Of a stretch of 33,231 nt of DNA, positions 17,501-27,763 are shown piece after piece. The stretch is taken from the IMG/VR virus record IMGVR_UViG_3300020045_002400, positions 1 through 33,231 of that record. The stretch is one strand, 5' to 3'. The position numbers were made by a program, and so were the translations under genes. This DNA comes from a virus (Duplodnaviria; Caudoviricetes). Below the pieces are notes generated by a model. That model made no database searches, had not been told where the DNA came from, and saw only the letters and a program-made list of their open reading frames with translations. The first letter of the stretch is position 1; each line of letters starts with the position of its first letter.

Positions 17501-18472
17501 ATGATACCATTAGTAGAATCACAAGCCAAAGAATTAATCTTTACTGAACACAACCATAAATATCGTGATGAAAATAATGTTGTATATACATCTGTTACTA
17601 CACTTATAGAGAAATATAAGAATCCTTATGATAGAGAATTTTGGAGTATGTATACTGGTCTTAAAGATGCTGGGTATAGACTTAAACCTTATCCCGAAGA
17701 ACAAGCTATTAGATTAGGAAGTGTTAAATATAAACTTGCTGATTTAAAGAAAGAAACTTATTATGTACAATTACAAGACCTTACTAAAGCTAAGTGGGAT
17801 TTAAAAACTACAGAAGCTTGTATGCGTGGTAATGGTATACATAATGGTATAGAACTTGGTATTAATAAAACTCGTAATGATATACAAGCTAGAGATAATG
17901 ATTTAATTACTTATGAAACTAATCCTTTTAAATACGGTAAGAATATATCTAGTCTTAATGATTTAGACGCTTCACCACTTAAAACTGATTATCCTTTTAT
18001 ATATAATAAATTAAAACCTCTTGTAGAAGGCGGAGCAACTGTTTTAGCAGAGAAACGTGTATATCTTTCTAAATATAAATTAGCTGGTACTATTGATTGT
18101 CCTATTATAAAAGGTAAATATTTTTGTATTTTAGATTGGAAATCTAATGCTGCTGATATGCATGATACACCGGGTTATTATCAGAAAGTAAATATAGGTG
18201 GTGAATGGATAAAATCAGATAATTGGATAATAACAGAAGATAAGTTTAATGCTCCTATTAGTCATATACCTGCTTCCAAGTTTCATACATACTGTTTACA
18301 ATTAAGTATATATGCTTATATTATGGAACAATGGGGATATACTCTTATACAAAATGGTCTTGCCATCGTCCATTATCCTCTTAACAAAGAGCCTGTATAT
18401 CTCCAAGTTCCATATTTAAGAAATGAAGTTATAGCCTTATTAACTGACCATAACAGAAAGCTCTCCGCATAA
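17501..18472 (+). CDS. PD-(D/E)XK nuclease (RecB/Cas4-like fold)
   Basis: SVTTLI, RGNGIH, AEKRV, AGTID, ILDWKSN and YCLQLSIYAY. Confidence 0.88.
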   Translation: MIPLVESQAKELIFTEHNHKYRDENNVVYTSVTTLIEKYKNPYDREFWSMYTGLKDAGYRLKPYPEEQAIRLGSVKYKLADLKKETYYVQLQDLTKAKWDLKTTEACMRGNGIHNGIELGINKTRNDIQARDNDLITYETNPFKYGKNISSLNDLDASPLKTDYPFIYNKLKPLVEGGATVLAEKRVYLSKYKLAGTIDCPIIKGKYFCILDWKSNAADMHDTPGYYQKVNIGGEWIKSDNWIITEDKFNAPISHIPASKFHTYCLQLSIYAYIMEQWGYTLIQNGLAIVHYPLNKEPVYLQVPYLRNEVIALLTDHNRKLSA

Positions 18473-18482
18473 GGGAGCTTTT
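18457..18482 (+). terminator. Probable intrinsic terminator
   Basis: aaagctctcc-gcataa-gggagctttt, overlapping the nuclease stop codon. Confidence 0.6.
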
Positions 18483-18507
18483 ATTATTAACCATAAATCT
18501 AAATATT

Positions 18508-18951
18508 ATGAATAATGCTTTATTTTTAGATATACCTAATATAATCAAAACTAATAGTAAACAAGCGTTTCCTATACATAGAGAAGATTGGTTTATCCCG
18601 CAAGCAGTTAAAGATATTATTAAGAAACATCTTGAATTTAATTATAAGATTGTTCTTATTGGTAATTATCCTGAAGTATATGTAAATAAACGTGAACTTA
18701 ATCCTATAGAAAATTTATTACGTAATATTGCAGATAAACTTGAAGATGAATTTAAAATGAAACCTTTTAGTATTAGTTATGATTATTCTACTGATTCTAA
18801 TTCATTTGAACATTTACCTCTTCCAGGTATGTTTTATAATCTTGCTTATGAACACGAGTTGTTATTAGGTTATTCTTTTATAATTACTAATGTAACTATA
18901 GGTAAATTTATACAACAATATTCAGGTATTAAACCTATAATAATAGAATAA
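18508..18951 (+). CDS. Degenerate HAD-family (PNKP/GmhB-like) phosphatase homologue
   Basis: ALFLDIPNIIKTNSKQAFPIHREDW resembles FxDLDGTLIxTxSGxxFPxxxxDW; IVLIGNY and LPLPGMF correspond to motif II (TNQ) and motif III (KPxxGM). Confidence 0.55.
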   Translation: MNNALFLDIPNIIKTNSKQAFPIHREDWFIPQAVKDIIKKHLEFNYKIVLIGNYPEVYVNKRELNPIENLLRNIADKLEDEFKMKPFSISYDYSTDSNSFEHLPLPGMFYNLAYEHELLLGYSFIITNVTIGKFIQQYSGIKPIIIE

Positions 18952-18952
18952 T

Positions 18953-21319
18953 ATGAGAAGGTCAGATTCAGAAGCCTATGATTTAGTAGCTAAGTTAGAA
19001 GCAGTATTACCAACGTTACCTATTAATACTAATACTTATAGTACTCCATTTAAATCTGTTCCTTATATAAATCCTGAGAATGACCAAGAGGATGCTTTAG
19101 AGATGTTTGACTTTGAAGATATAGCTTTTGTTAATACTAGTGAAGCATCTTCTACTGCTGCTCATTTTAAAAAGTTTGGTTGTTATACTAAATTACATCC
19201 TAAATGGGATAGACGTGAATATAATGCTTTTTGGGATGAAGAAGAAAGAAAATGTAAAGAAGGTTTAGTTCTTCCCGGTAAGTTATTTAAGAATGAACAA
19301 GGGTTATATGAAATACAAAAAATACATATAACAGGAGAGCATTATGGTTACCTTAATTATTCTAAAATTCAAGCCTCTTCTGACTTTAAAGTTAGTAAAG
19401 GAGCTTTATATAGTCCTAGTGGCGAACTTCTTACTGCTACTGAAAGTGGTATTGTAAATAAGTCTGCTGAATTTCCTTCATTTTGGGATGGAGACTATTA
19501 TTTCTTTAAATCTATAGAACTTGCTAGAAGAGTTGGTAGACATATTGTTGTAGGTAAAGCTAGACGTAAAGGTTACTCTTATAAAAACGGTTGGCTAGTT
19601 GCTAATCAAGCAAACTTATATAGACGTAGTACTTCAGTAGTTGCTGCTTATGATGGTGCTTCTTTATTTGAAGATGGTACTATGAATAAGGTTATGTCTT
19701 TCCTTGATAACTTAAATGATAATACTGATTGGAATAAGGGTAGACTTCATAATACTCTTGAACATATAGAACTTGGTTACAGACTTAAAGGTAACCCAGC
19801 TAAAAAAGGTTTTTTATCTAAAATCTATACTGCTATATTAGGTAAAGATGGTGGTAAAATTAGAGGTAAGGATGCTATGCTTATTCTTATAGAAGAAGCT
19901 GGTAAATGTGCTAATCTTACTGATGTATTAGATGCTACACTTAAATCATTAGAAGATGGTTCATTAATGACAGGTCTTATGATTGTCTTTGGTACGGGTG
20001 GTGGAGCTGAGACAGCTTGGGCTGGTTTTGAGGATTTATTCTATAATGTTATATCTCGTAAATTCCTTGCATTTGTTAATAATTGGGATGAGGATTCTAC
20101 AGATGATTATTGTGGTTTCTTTCATCCTTGTTATATGTCTAAACCTGGTTTATATAAAGGAGAACCTCTTATAGATAGACATGGTAATAGTAATGTTAAG
20201 GCTTCTATGGCATTTGAAAAACAAGAGTTATTACGTTATGGTAGTGATGATGGTAAGATTACTGCTCACTTAATGGAGGAACCTCCTTCCCCTTCTCATG
20301 CTTTTAGTAGAGCTAAATCTGTTATCTTTAATGCACAACTTCTTGATGCTCAATTTAAGAAAACTGTTAAGTTAGCAAGTAGAAATACTATTGGACGTGA
20401 AGGTATGTTTATCAATACAAGTACTAAAGTAGTATTTAAAGATAGAGCTTTAATGGATGAAGATGAATTAGCTAATACACCTAAAGCTATTAAGAACTAT
20501 CCTATCTCTAAATCAGATGATGCTAGAGGTTGTTGGGTTATATATGATGAACCTTATCGTGACCCTGCTACAGGACTTATACCTGAACATCTATATCACG
20601 TATGGAATGATCCCTTTGCTATATCTAAAACTAAAGATACGTTTACTACTAGAGATTCCTTAGCGTGTACTATTATATATGAAGCGGCTAATAATATGAC
20701 TGCTTCTAAAGGAGATAAGATAGTTGCTGTATATGTTGGTAGAACAGAAGATACTACTGATTATGACTTACAAATGTTCTTGGGTGCTACCTATTATAAT
20801 GGTAAGATATTATATGAAAATGATAGAGGTGACGTTTATGCAAATGCCTTGAAATTAGGCTATTTGAGCCTTCTAAAATTTGAAACGACCTTTCAACATC
20901 AAAAAGATTTACAAAAGGGTGGAATGGGTAGGAAATACGGTATTTCGATAGCATCAAACCCACAAAGGAAAGCAACCGGAATTGTGTATTTAAAGAATTG
21001 GTTGATAACTCCTAGAGGTAAAGATATACACGGAAATACGATTTTAAATTTGCATTTAATATATGATTTACCTATCTTGAAAGAATTATTAAAATATGAT
21101 GGTTCTAAGAATGCTGATAGAGTATCTTGTTTGATAATAGGAATGTTTGATATTAAAGAAGCTCTTTATAAGAATCAAGTACCCGAAAAACCACAAGCAA
21201 ATATAGATAATTATTTTAATAATCCTTTTGATTATAATATAGATGATAATAACTCAATTTATAATGAGGAATCTAATAATGTTCAAGGAGTGAATTTTGA
21301 CCCTTATTTCTCTAATTAG
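18953..21319 (+). CDS. terL: Terminase large subunit
   Basis: ITGEHYGYLNY, Walker A KARRKGYS, Walker B LILIEEAG, FGTGG; nuclease domain WNDPF, YENDRG and NADRVS. Confidence 0.93.
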   Translation: MRRSDSEAYDLVAKLEAVLPTLPINTNTYSTPFKSVPYINPENDQEDALEMFDFEDIAFVNTSEASSTAAHFKKFGCYTKLHPKWDRREYNAFWDEEERKCKEGLVLPGKLFKNEQGLYEIQKIHITGEHYGYLNYSKIQASSDFKVSKGALYSPSGELLTATESGIVNKSAEFPSFWDGDYYFFKSIELARRVGRHIVVGKARRKGYSYKNGWLVANQANLYRRSTSVVAAYDGASLFEDGTMNKVMSFLDNLNDNTDWNKGRLHNTLEHIELGYRLKGNPAKKGFLSKIYTAILGKDGGKIRGKDAMLILIEEAGKCANLTDVLDATLKSLEDGSLMTGLMIVFGTGGGAETAWAGFEDLFYNVISRKFLAFVNNWDEDSTDDYCGFFHPCYMSKPGLYKGEPLIDRHGNSNVKASMAFEKQELLRYGSDDGKITAHLMEEPPSPSHAFSRAKSVIFNAQLLDAQFKKTVKLASRNTIGREGMFINTSTKVVFKDRALMDEDELANTPKAIKNYPISKSDDARGCWVIYDEPYRDPATGLIPEHLYHVWNDPFAISKTKDTFTTRDSLACTIIYEAANNMTASKGDKIVAVYVGRTEDTTDYDLQMFLGATYYNGKILYENDRGDVYANALKLGYLSLLKFETTFQHQKDLQKGGMGRKYGISIASNPQRKATGIVYLKNWLITPRGKDIHGNTILNLHLIYDLPILKELLKYDGSKNADRVSCLIIGMFDIKEALYKNQVPEKPQANIDNYFNNPFDYNIDDNNSIYNEESNNVQGVNFDPYFSN

Positions 21320-21335
21320 ATAAACAAATATAAAA

Positions 21336-23693
21336 ATGCTATTACCTAATCAACTACTAACAGCTACAGAAAAAGCTAAAAGAAATCAAGATACTGGACT
21401 TACAAATATAGAAGAAACAATTGTTCACTATATAGATAGTTCAGGTTGGAAAAAAGAATATGATGAAGTTAATAAACTATTTGCTGCTGTAGAAGGTATT
21501 ATAGATTATAGTGAATATAAAGCTATATTTGGTTCTACTAATCAAGATAATGGTGCTAATACAGACTTTATGTATAAAGCTAAATTAGCTAATTATAATA
21601 TCCTTATGGGTATTGTTAAATTATTACTTGGAGAATATGGTACACGTTCCCATGAATATGAAGTTGTTAATCTAAACCCTAATGATGATATTAGTCGTCA
21701 GCAGGGTTTATCTATATTACTTAAAGAGTATCATAAAAAGAAAGTTCTTATGGACTTTCAAAAAGTAACAGGTTTAATGCCTACAGAAGAACAACCTTTA
21801 CCTGAGTTACAAACTATTGTAGATAACTTTAATACTACTTTTAATGATGCTACATTAATAAAAGGTCAAGAAGCTTTAGATTTTATTAGATTTTATTGCG
21901 ATATTGACCATAAAATTATAGATGCTTATTACGATTGGATTGTAACAGGTGGAGCTTATACATATAAAGATGTTCTTAATGGGGAAGTTATTTATGAACA
22001 TGTACCTAGAAATGAACTCTTTGTTATTAATATGAAACCGGGTTCTAGTTTAGTAGAAGAAGCTGATGTTCATATTAGACGTAGAATAATGAGTCCTTAT
22101 CAAGTCCTAGAAATGCTTCAAGATGAGTTAAAAGAAGATCATATTAAGGCTTTTGAAGAAGAAGTTAATAATGGATTTAATGAATATAATCAACAATATA
22201 CAAGTACAGGTAGAAATGGTGTAATGTCTTCACCCTCTAATTATGTAAATTCTACTATACCTATGATATGTTATACTAATGGATTAGAAGTATTCCACGT
22301 AGTATATACTACTTATAAAGATGTATATATTTTATCTTATTTAGATGAATTTGGTTTACCGCAAGAAAAGGAAATTACAGCTGATTATGAATTACAACCT
22401 GACCTTGGAGATATAGAAATAACTATGGAATGGTACACTTGTAAATATCAAGGTTATAAAGTACTAGATTATTTCTTTAAATGTGGAGAAGTAGAATTTG
22501 ACCGTTCTGATGTAGATTCTAAAGGTAATTTAAAATCTTGTTATAATGGTATTATTGCTCGTACTAGAGTAGGAGAAATTAATTCTATTGTTAAAGATGG
22601 TATGGTATATCAACGTAATGTTAATGTTATTAAATTTAGTATAGAGAAATTAATCAATAAAAATAAAGATAAAGTACTTGTTTTACCATACGGATTAGTA
22701 CCTAGAACAAAAGGTATTAGTACAGCTAAACAAGCCTATCACATGGAAGCTACTTCTGTATTATGGGTTGATGAAGCCGCTCCTAATGCTGCTTTTGCTT
22801 CTCAAATGATTAAAGTTGTTGATATGTCATTAAACAGTATTATCAAAGAACTTAGTGATTTAGTTATACAAACTAAAAATGAATATTGGGAAGCTATCGG
22901 TATGAATGCTCAAAGATATTCTGATGTAAGTCAATATGCAGGTAAAGCTACTACAGAACAAGCTATTGTACGTAGTGCTATTATTACTTATGAACTTACT
23001 CGTGCTTTTGATAAGATGTTAGAAAAAGATTATCAAGGTTTATTAGATATATCTAAAATAGCTTGGATTAACGGAGTTAAAGAAGCTTACATATATAGTG
23101 ATGGTTCACGTGGTGTATTTGAAATGAATGTTGATGATGCTAACTACCACGCTAGTTCTAATTACAATGTATTTGTTAAGGATGCTACTACCAATACTAG
23201 AGGTATAGAAGCTATGAGAAGTTTTGCTGGTGCTATGATTCAAAATGGAGCAACGGCTAGTGCTGTCAGTAAAATGTATACTACTAATAGCACGTCTAAA
23301 GTTAGTGTATTACTTGAAAAAATGGAAAAAGCACAACAAACTATAGAAGAACAAAAAGCTCAAGCTGACCACGATAGACAAGTACAATTACAAGAAATGC
23401 AAAATGAATTACAACAAGCTATATCAGACTTAAAAGAATATGAAATTGATAGTAGATTAGAAGGTGTTAAATACACTGCTGATATGCAATATGCAGGAAA
23501 AGAGTTGACTGTTGATGATAATGACAGCCAAGACTTGCCCTTAGAAGAGGATAATACGTTTGATGAATACCTTGCAACTAGAGAAACTAATAGAAAAGAT
23601 AAAATGGATAACCATACTATTAGAAAAGATAATAAAGAATTAATACTTAAAGAGAAAGCTTTAAAACAAAAGAAAGTAACAAGTAATAACTAA
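21336..23693 (+). CDS. Portal protein
   Basis: 785 aa directly after terL; NYNIL...LLGE and EAIGMNAQRY...KATTEQAI segments; helical acidic C-terminus; crAss-like synteny. Confidence 0.85.
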   Translation: MLLPNQLLTATEKAKRNQDTGLTNIEETIVHYIDSSGWKKEYDEVNKLFAAVEGIIDYSEYKAIFGSTNQDNGANTDFMYKAKLANYNILMGIVKLLLGEYGTRSHEYEVVNLNPNDDISRQQGLSILLKEYHKKKVLMDFQKVTGLMPTEEQPLPELQTIVDNFNTTFNDATLIKGQEALDFIRFYCDIDHKIIDAYYDWIVTGGAYTYKDVLNGEVIYEHVPRNELFVINMKPGSSLVEEADVHIRRRIMSPYQVLEMLQDELKEDHIKAFEEEVNNGFNEYNQQYTSTGRNGVMSSPSNYVNSTIPMICYTNGLEVFHVVYTTYKDVYILSYLDEFGLPQEKEITADYELQPDLGDIEITMEWYTCKYQGYKVLDYFFKCGEVEFDRSDVDSKGNLKSCYNGIIARTRVGEINSIVKDGMVYQRNVNVIKFSIEKLINKNKDKVLVLPYGLVPRTKGISTAKQAYHMEATSVLWVDEAAPNAAFASQMIKVVDMSLNSIIKELSDLVIQTKNEYWEAIGMNAQRYSDVSQYAGKATTEQAIVRSAIITYELTRAFDKMLEKDYQGLLDISKIAWINGVKEAYIYSDGSRGVFEMNVDDANYHASSNYNVFVKDATTNTRGIEAMRSFAGAMIQNGATASAVSKMYTTNSTSKVSVLLEKMEKAQQTIEEQKAQADHDRQVQLQEMQNELQQAISDLKEYEIDSRLEGVKYTADMQYAGKELTVDDNDSQDLPLEEDNTFDEYLATRETNRKDKMDNHTIRKDNKELILKEKALKQKKVTSNN

Positions 23694-23823
23694 AATTAAT
23701 ATATTATGACAGACGATGTTATAAACAAACCTAATGACCAATTTAGTTCATTAGATGATGTAAGTTTAGAGGGAATACATAATCCTATAGAAACAACCCC
23801 GAATAACCCTTCTCCTACGGGCA
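23536..23823. repeat. 24-bp motif pair 4 (- copy 23536-23558, 23 bp; + copy 23800-23823)
   Basis: cgtattatcctctt-ctaagggca (-) in the portal 3' end and cgaataacccttctcctacgggca (+) in the 5' end of the next gene. Confidence 0.85.
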
Positions 23824-25070
23824 ATCCTGCACCAATAGTTCCTGCTAACCCAGCACCTACAAAAGGAGATAATGATTTATCTGATGCCGCTAATAATACA
23901 GATGATGATACAGATGATAATAATCCTACTTTTAATATTAAAAGCTTTGAGGATTTAACTAATTTATTAACTACTAAATCTTCTGACCAATTATCAGACG
24001 AAGAGAATAATGAATTAGCTGATATTGTTGATGCTTTTGGTGGTACTGCTTTTAATGATAAAGGAGAAATTGTTGATGCTGAAAATAAAGTATTATTTAA
24101 TGCTGAACAACTTAAACATTATTTAGAAACTAATGAGTTACCTGTTGATGATAAAGGTGATTTTATTGATGCTAATGGTAATGTAATTAAAACAAAAACA
24201 GAATTATATAGAGAAAGTACTACTGTAGGAGCAGTAATGAATGCTTTAGCTAGAAATTTTGCTGTAGATTTTGTTGAAACTTTTATGCCTGATGATACTG
24301 AAGATTCTTTAGTTGATGTAGTTAATAAAGTAGTAGGTGTAGTAGAACAAGGTAGTGTTGAACGTTATATGCAAGCTAATCCTGAATTAGAAGCTTTCCG
24401 TAAACATTTACTTTTACATGGTTCTGCTAAAGGTTATAATTCTAGTGTTGTAGATTATGATAAGATAGATGTAAAAACTCTATCGAAAGAAGCAAAAGGG
24501 TTATATGTATCAGAAGCTTATAAAGCTACAGGTAGAACTTTAACACCTGCTTATGCTAAATATTTAGAAGGTCTTGATGAAGAAACTTATAATATCGAAG
24601 TAATTGATAATATAAAAGTGTTAAAAGACGTTCAAACAAATAAACAAAAAGAAGTCGATACCCAACTTAAAATTAAAGAAGAAAATAGAATTAAAGAAGC
24701 AAAACAATATTGGAATACTGTAGAAACTACCATCAAAAATGGTAAACTCTCGAACCTTAATATTCCAATACCTGAAAGAGAAGCATTTTTAAATTATGTT
24801 ACTACACCGGTAAAAGACGGTAAAACAAAAGATATTTTAGATGCTGAAAAAGAAGATGTTAATGCTGATTTACTTATGTCTTATTTAAGATATAAAGGGT
24901 ATGATTTATCCGTTCTTGCTAAAAATATTGCTACTACTCAACAAGTACAGAGTCTTAGAGAGAAAATAGGCAGGAACAAAGCACGTAATACTAGTAATAG
25001 TGATAAAGGAAGATTACCTAAAACACAAAACAATGATTACATACCGAATCTAAGTGAGGTAAATTTTTAA
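23706..25070 (+). CDS. Putative capsid assembly/scaffolding protein
   Basis: Very acidic, disordered N-terminus and helical C-terminus; lies between portal and MCP. Confidence 0.6.
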   Translation: MTDDVINKPNDQFSSLDDVSLEGIHNPIETTPNNPSPTGNPAPIVPANPAPTKGDNDLSDAANNTDDDTDDNNPTFNIKSFEDLTNLLTTKSSDQLSDEENNELADIVDAFGGTAFNDKGEIVDAENKVLFNAEQLKHYLETNELPVDDKGDFIDANGNVIKTKTELYRESTTVGAVMNALARNFAVDFVETFMPDDTEDSLVDVVNKVVGVVEQGSVERYMQANPELEAFRKHLLLHGSAKGYNSSVVDYDKIDVKTLSKEAKGLYVSEAYKATGRTLTPAYAKYLEGLDEETYNIEVIDNIKVLKDVQTNKQKEVDTQLKIKEENRIKEAKQYWNTVETTIKNGKLSNLNIPIPEREAFLNYVTTPVKDGKTKDILDAEKEDVNADLLMSYLRYKGYDLSVLAKNIATTQQVQSLREKIGRNKARNTSNSDKGRLPKTQNNDYIPNLSEVNF

Positions 25071-25117
25071 ACCTTAGAGCCTTTATTAATATTATTAATT
25101 ATTAAACAAAAACAAAC

Positions 25118-26596
25118 GTGGAAAAAGCAAGAATTATGATTCATCCTTCATATAATGAAGATGGATATACATCTAACCTTAGTTTAGCTAAAGCTAGAAT
25201 GTCAAAAAGTGATACAATTAATCCTGTAGTTACCTTTCTTCAAGGTAATGACCAAAAACTCTTTCCTTTATTGTTTCTTACAGAAGGACAATTAAAAGGA
25301 GTTCAATGGAAAGGTATAGAGGATGTTGAATATGATTGGCCGATCTTTGGTAAACTTAAACATACATCTGAAGTTGTATCTCATGCTTATACTGGTGTTA
25401 CATCTGTTGGTAGTATTCCGGGTGAAGAGATTATGGTAGTATTTAAAGATGCTTTCCTAAAGTTTCAACATAACGTTATATCTCCTAACAACGTAATGTG
25501 TAGAGTTATACGTAGACCTGTTAAGGTTGCTAATGGTTATCTTTATGCTTTACAATTAGTTAAAAACGCTAATACACCTAATCTTCCTATTGGAGAAATT
25601 GCTGGAGGTACATTATGGGGTATGATTGGTGGTGCTAACGTAAGTGAAGCTTACTCTGTTGGTAATGAATCTAACAGACGTATGCCAGGTAAAGCTAAAA
25701 ACCAAATTGGTATTATTAGAAAATCTTATGAATTTGCTGGTAATATTGGTAACCGTACTGTAGAGTATTTATTGCCTACTAAAAATGGTGTTACTAAGCT
25801 TTGGCAACCTTTCGAAGAGTACGAACATGAAATGAACTTTAAACGTTCTTGTGAAGAATCTCTTTGGGAATCTCAATATAACAGGGATGCTAATGGTGTA
25901 GTACTTACAATTGACCCTGATACAGGATTACCAATTCCATACGGTGCTGGACTTAAAGCTCAAATTCCAAATAGAGGTACATATAGTATCTTGACTTTCA
26001 AGAAAATTACTAAGATTGTTTCTGATATTTTTTATGGTGCTTCTGATAAACAAAATGTAAATGTTGTTTTATTTACAGGTACTAGTGGGAAAGAAGAGTT
26101 TAGTAATGCTATTATGACTGAAGCTAAATCTTGGGCTATCTATGAAGGCGCTTTAAATAGTACTATTACTGGTTCTCCTATGAATCTTACTTTTGGTTCT
26201 GCATTTACTCATTTCCGTCATATTGATGGTCATATTGTATCTGTTGTTACTGTTCCTTATTTCGATCATTCAGGATATGCTGATAAATCTCCTCGTCACT
26301 CTGTATCTGGACGTCCACTTTCATCTTATGAAATGCACTTCGTTGATATGTCAGTTTATGATGGAGAAAACAACGTTCAATTGGTTAATCAAAAAGGACG
26401 TTCTATGATTAGAGGTGTTGAACAAGGTATGACTTTATTGAAAGGTAATAGCTTTGCAGATTACTCTGGTAATGGTAAAGATTTAGTAGTATCTACTTCA
26501 CAAGATAAATCAGCTGTTCACTTCCTTAAAACTTTAGGAGTAGCTGTACGTAGAAACACACATTGTTTCTCATTGTATTGTGATGCTGCGGCTTAA
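25118..26596 (+). CDS. Major capsid protein
   Basis: 492 aa with GTG start; FPLLFLTEG, NQIGIIRKSY, GAGLKAQI and VLFTGTSG; strongly biased codons; followed by a terminator. Confidence 0.9.
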   Translation: MEKARIMIHPSYNEDGYTSNLSLAKARMSKSDTINPVVTFLQGNDQKLFPLLFLTEGQLKGVQWKGIEDVEYDWPIFGKLKHTSEVVSHAYTGVTSVGSIPGEEIMVVFKDAFLKFQHNVISPNNVMCRVIRRPVKVANGYLYALQLVKNANTPNLPIGEIAGGTLWGMIGGANVSEAYSVGNESNRRMPGKAKNQIGIIRKSYEFAGNIGNRTVEYLLPTKNGVTKLWQPFEEYEHEMNFKRSCEESLWESQYNRDANGVVLTIDPDTGLPIPYGAGLKAQIPNRGTYSILTFKKITKIVSDIFYGASDKQNVNVVLFTGTSGKEEFSNAIMTEAKSWAIYEGALNSTITGSPMNLTFGSAFTHFRHIDGHIVSVVTVPYFDHSGYADKSPRHSVSGRPLSSYEMHFVDMSVYDGENNVQLVNQKGRSMIRGVEQGMTLLKGNSFADYSGNGKDLVVSTSQDKSAVHFLKTLGVAVRRNTHCFSLYCDAAA

Positions 26597-26614
26597 TACA
26601 TAATTAGATATTTA

Positions 26615-26642
26615 AAACCCCTCTAACTTGAGGGGTTTATTT
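26615..26642 (+). terminator. Intrinsic terminator after MCP
   Basis: aaacccctc-taactt-gaggggttt-attt. Confidence 0.8.
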
Positions 26643-26686
26643 CGTAAATTAAAAAAGTAATATAAACTATAATAATAACAAATACA

Positions 26687-27757
26687 ATGGAAGATAATAA
26701 AAAACCTGAAACTACCGGTACTGCTACAAACTTAACTAATCAAATTAATAACGCTGCAAATAAACCTGTAATTAAAAAATTAACTTTAGCTTGTAACGTT
26801 AGACTTAAAAAAGGTCTAGTTGCTTTACCTAATCAATCATCAGAAGAATTTAATTATTATATTGAATCTATCTTAGCTCCTAGTGGTGGACCTTTAAAAG
26901 GTGTTACAGGTACGTTAGAAAGGTTTATAATGCCATCTATTATAGATGTATCAACTAATGATAATAGTTTTCAAACTCATATTAAAGAATATTGGGCAAA
27001 TTTTAGTAATATTTTAGACCCTGATTCTGAAAATAAAAGAGATACCGAACAAGGTGTTAAAATGGAAGTTAAATTTAGTTTACATACCGCTTCTCATATT
27101 GCTAGATATGAAAAATTAACTAGAGTAGATGAACAATTTAAATTTATACATGATTTATTAGAAGAACAAGAACAAAGTAAAACACAAGGAGATAACTCTA
27201 ATCGTTTTATTACTCTTAATTCTGAATATTATTCTGATTTTGTTAAGCTTGCTTTTATATTAAAACATTCTCGTATTGCTAACCGAGCAGAAGATAAAGA
27301 TAAATCTCCTAAAATCTTTGGTTATATATATGAAAAATCTATTGATTTTAAAGCTCAAGAATCTGAAATGGAAGTATTCAATAAATTCTCTGATAATCTT
27401 AGAGAACTTGATGACGAGAAAAAAGCTAATGCTATATTACTTGCAATAGGTGAACAAGTTACAGATGTTGATTCTTTATCTGATAAGAAAATTATCATTT
27501 ATAACTTAGGTAAAACTACTCATGCAATTAGAGTTAAAGTTAATAACTTATTTTCTGATGAAAATTGGATGGAAAAATACTATATCCAACAAGGTTTGTT
27601 TTTCCAAATTTTTAAACAACCTGTTAATAGTAAATTGATACAATATGGTGACCATATTATTGGTAATGATTTAGAGTCTGCGGCTTCTTATTTAAAAACT
27701 AATGCTGAGGGTCCTACTCTTATACACATGATTAAATCTAAATTAAACATTAATTAA
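26687..27757 (+). CDS. crAss-like conserved protein downstream of MCP
   Basis: 356 aa with EYWANF and IIGNDLESAASYLK; assigned by synteny. Confidence 0.65.
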   Translation: MEDNKKPETTGTATNLTNQINNAANKPVIKKLTLACNVRLKKGLVALPNQSSEEFNYYIESILAPSGGPLKGVTGTLERFIMPSIIDVSTNDNSFQTHIKEYWANFSNILDPDSENKRDTEQGVKMEVKFSLHTASHIARYEKLTRVDEQFKFIHDLLEEQEQSKTQGDNSNRFITLNSEYYSDFVKLAFILKHSRIANRAEDKDKSPKIFGYIYEKSIDFKAQESEMEVFNKFSDNLRELDDEKKANAILLAIGEQVTDVDSLSDKKIIIYNLGKTTHAIRVKVNNLFSDENWMEKYYIQQGLFFQIFKQPVNSKLIQYGDHIIGNDLESAASYLKTNAEGPTLIHMIKSKLNIN

Positions 27758-27763
27758 AAACTT

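Noticed and set aside
17501-18472. Cas4 of a CRISPR system
   Set aside because: No complete Fe-S cysteine set, cas neighbours or array; stand-alone PD-(D/E)XK nucleases are common in phages.
18953-21319. Intein or intron in terL, polA or MCP
   Set aside because: The ORFs are uninterrupted, of ordinary length, and show no intein splice or LAGLIDADG motifs.
609-26408. Short overlapping ORFs in the track (609, 2013, 2962, 4274, 5862, 6767, 10424, 11338, 11582, 14345, 14706, 15372, 16200, 16729, 17163, 19983, 20787, 26193)
   Set aside because: They are antisense or alternate-frame shadows of better genes, or run across structured non-coding DNA, and have implausible composition.
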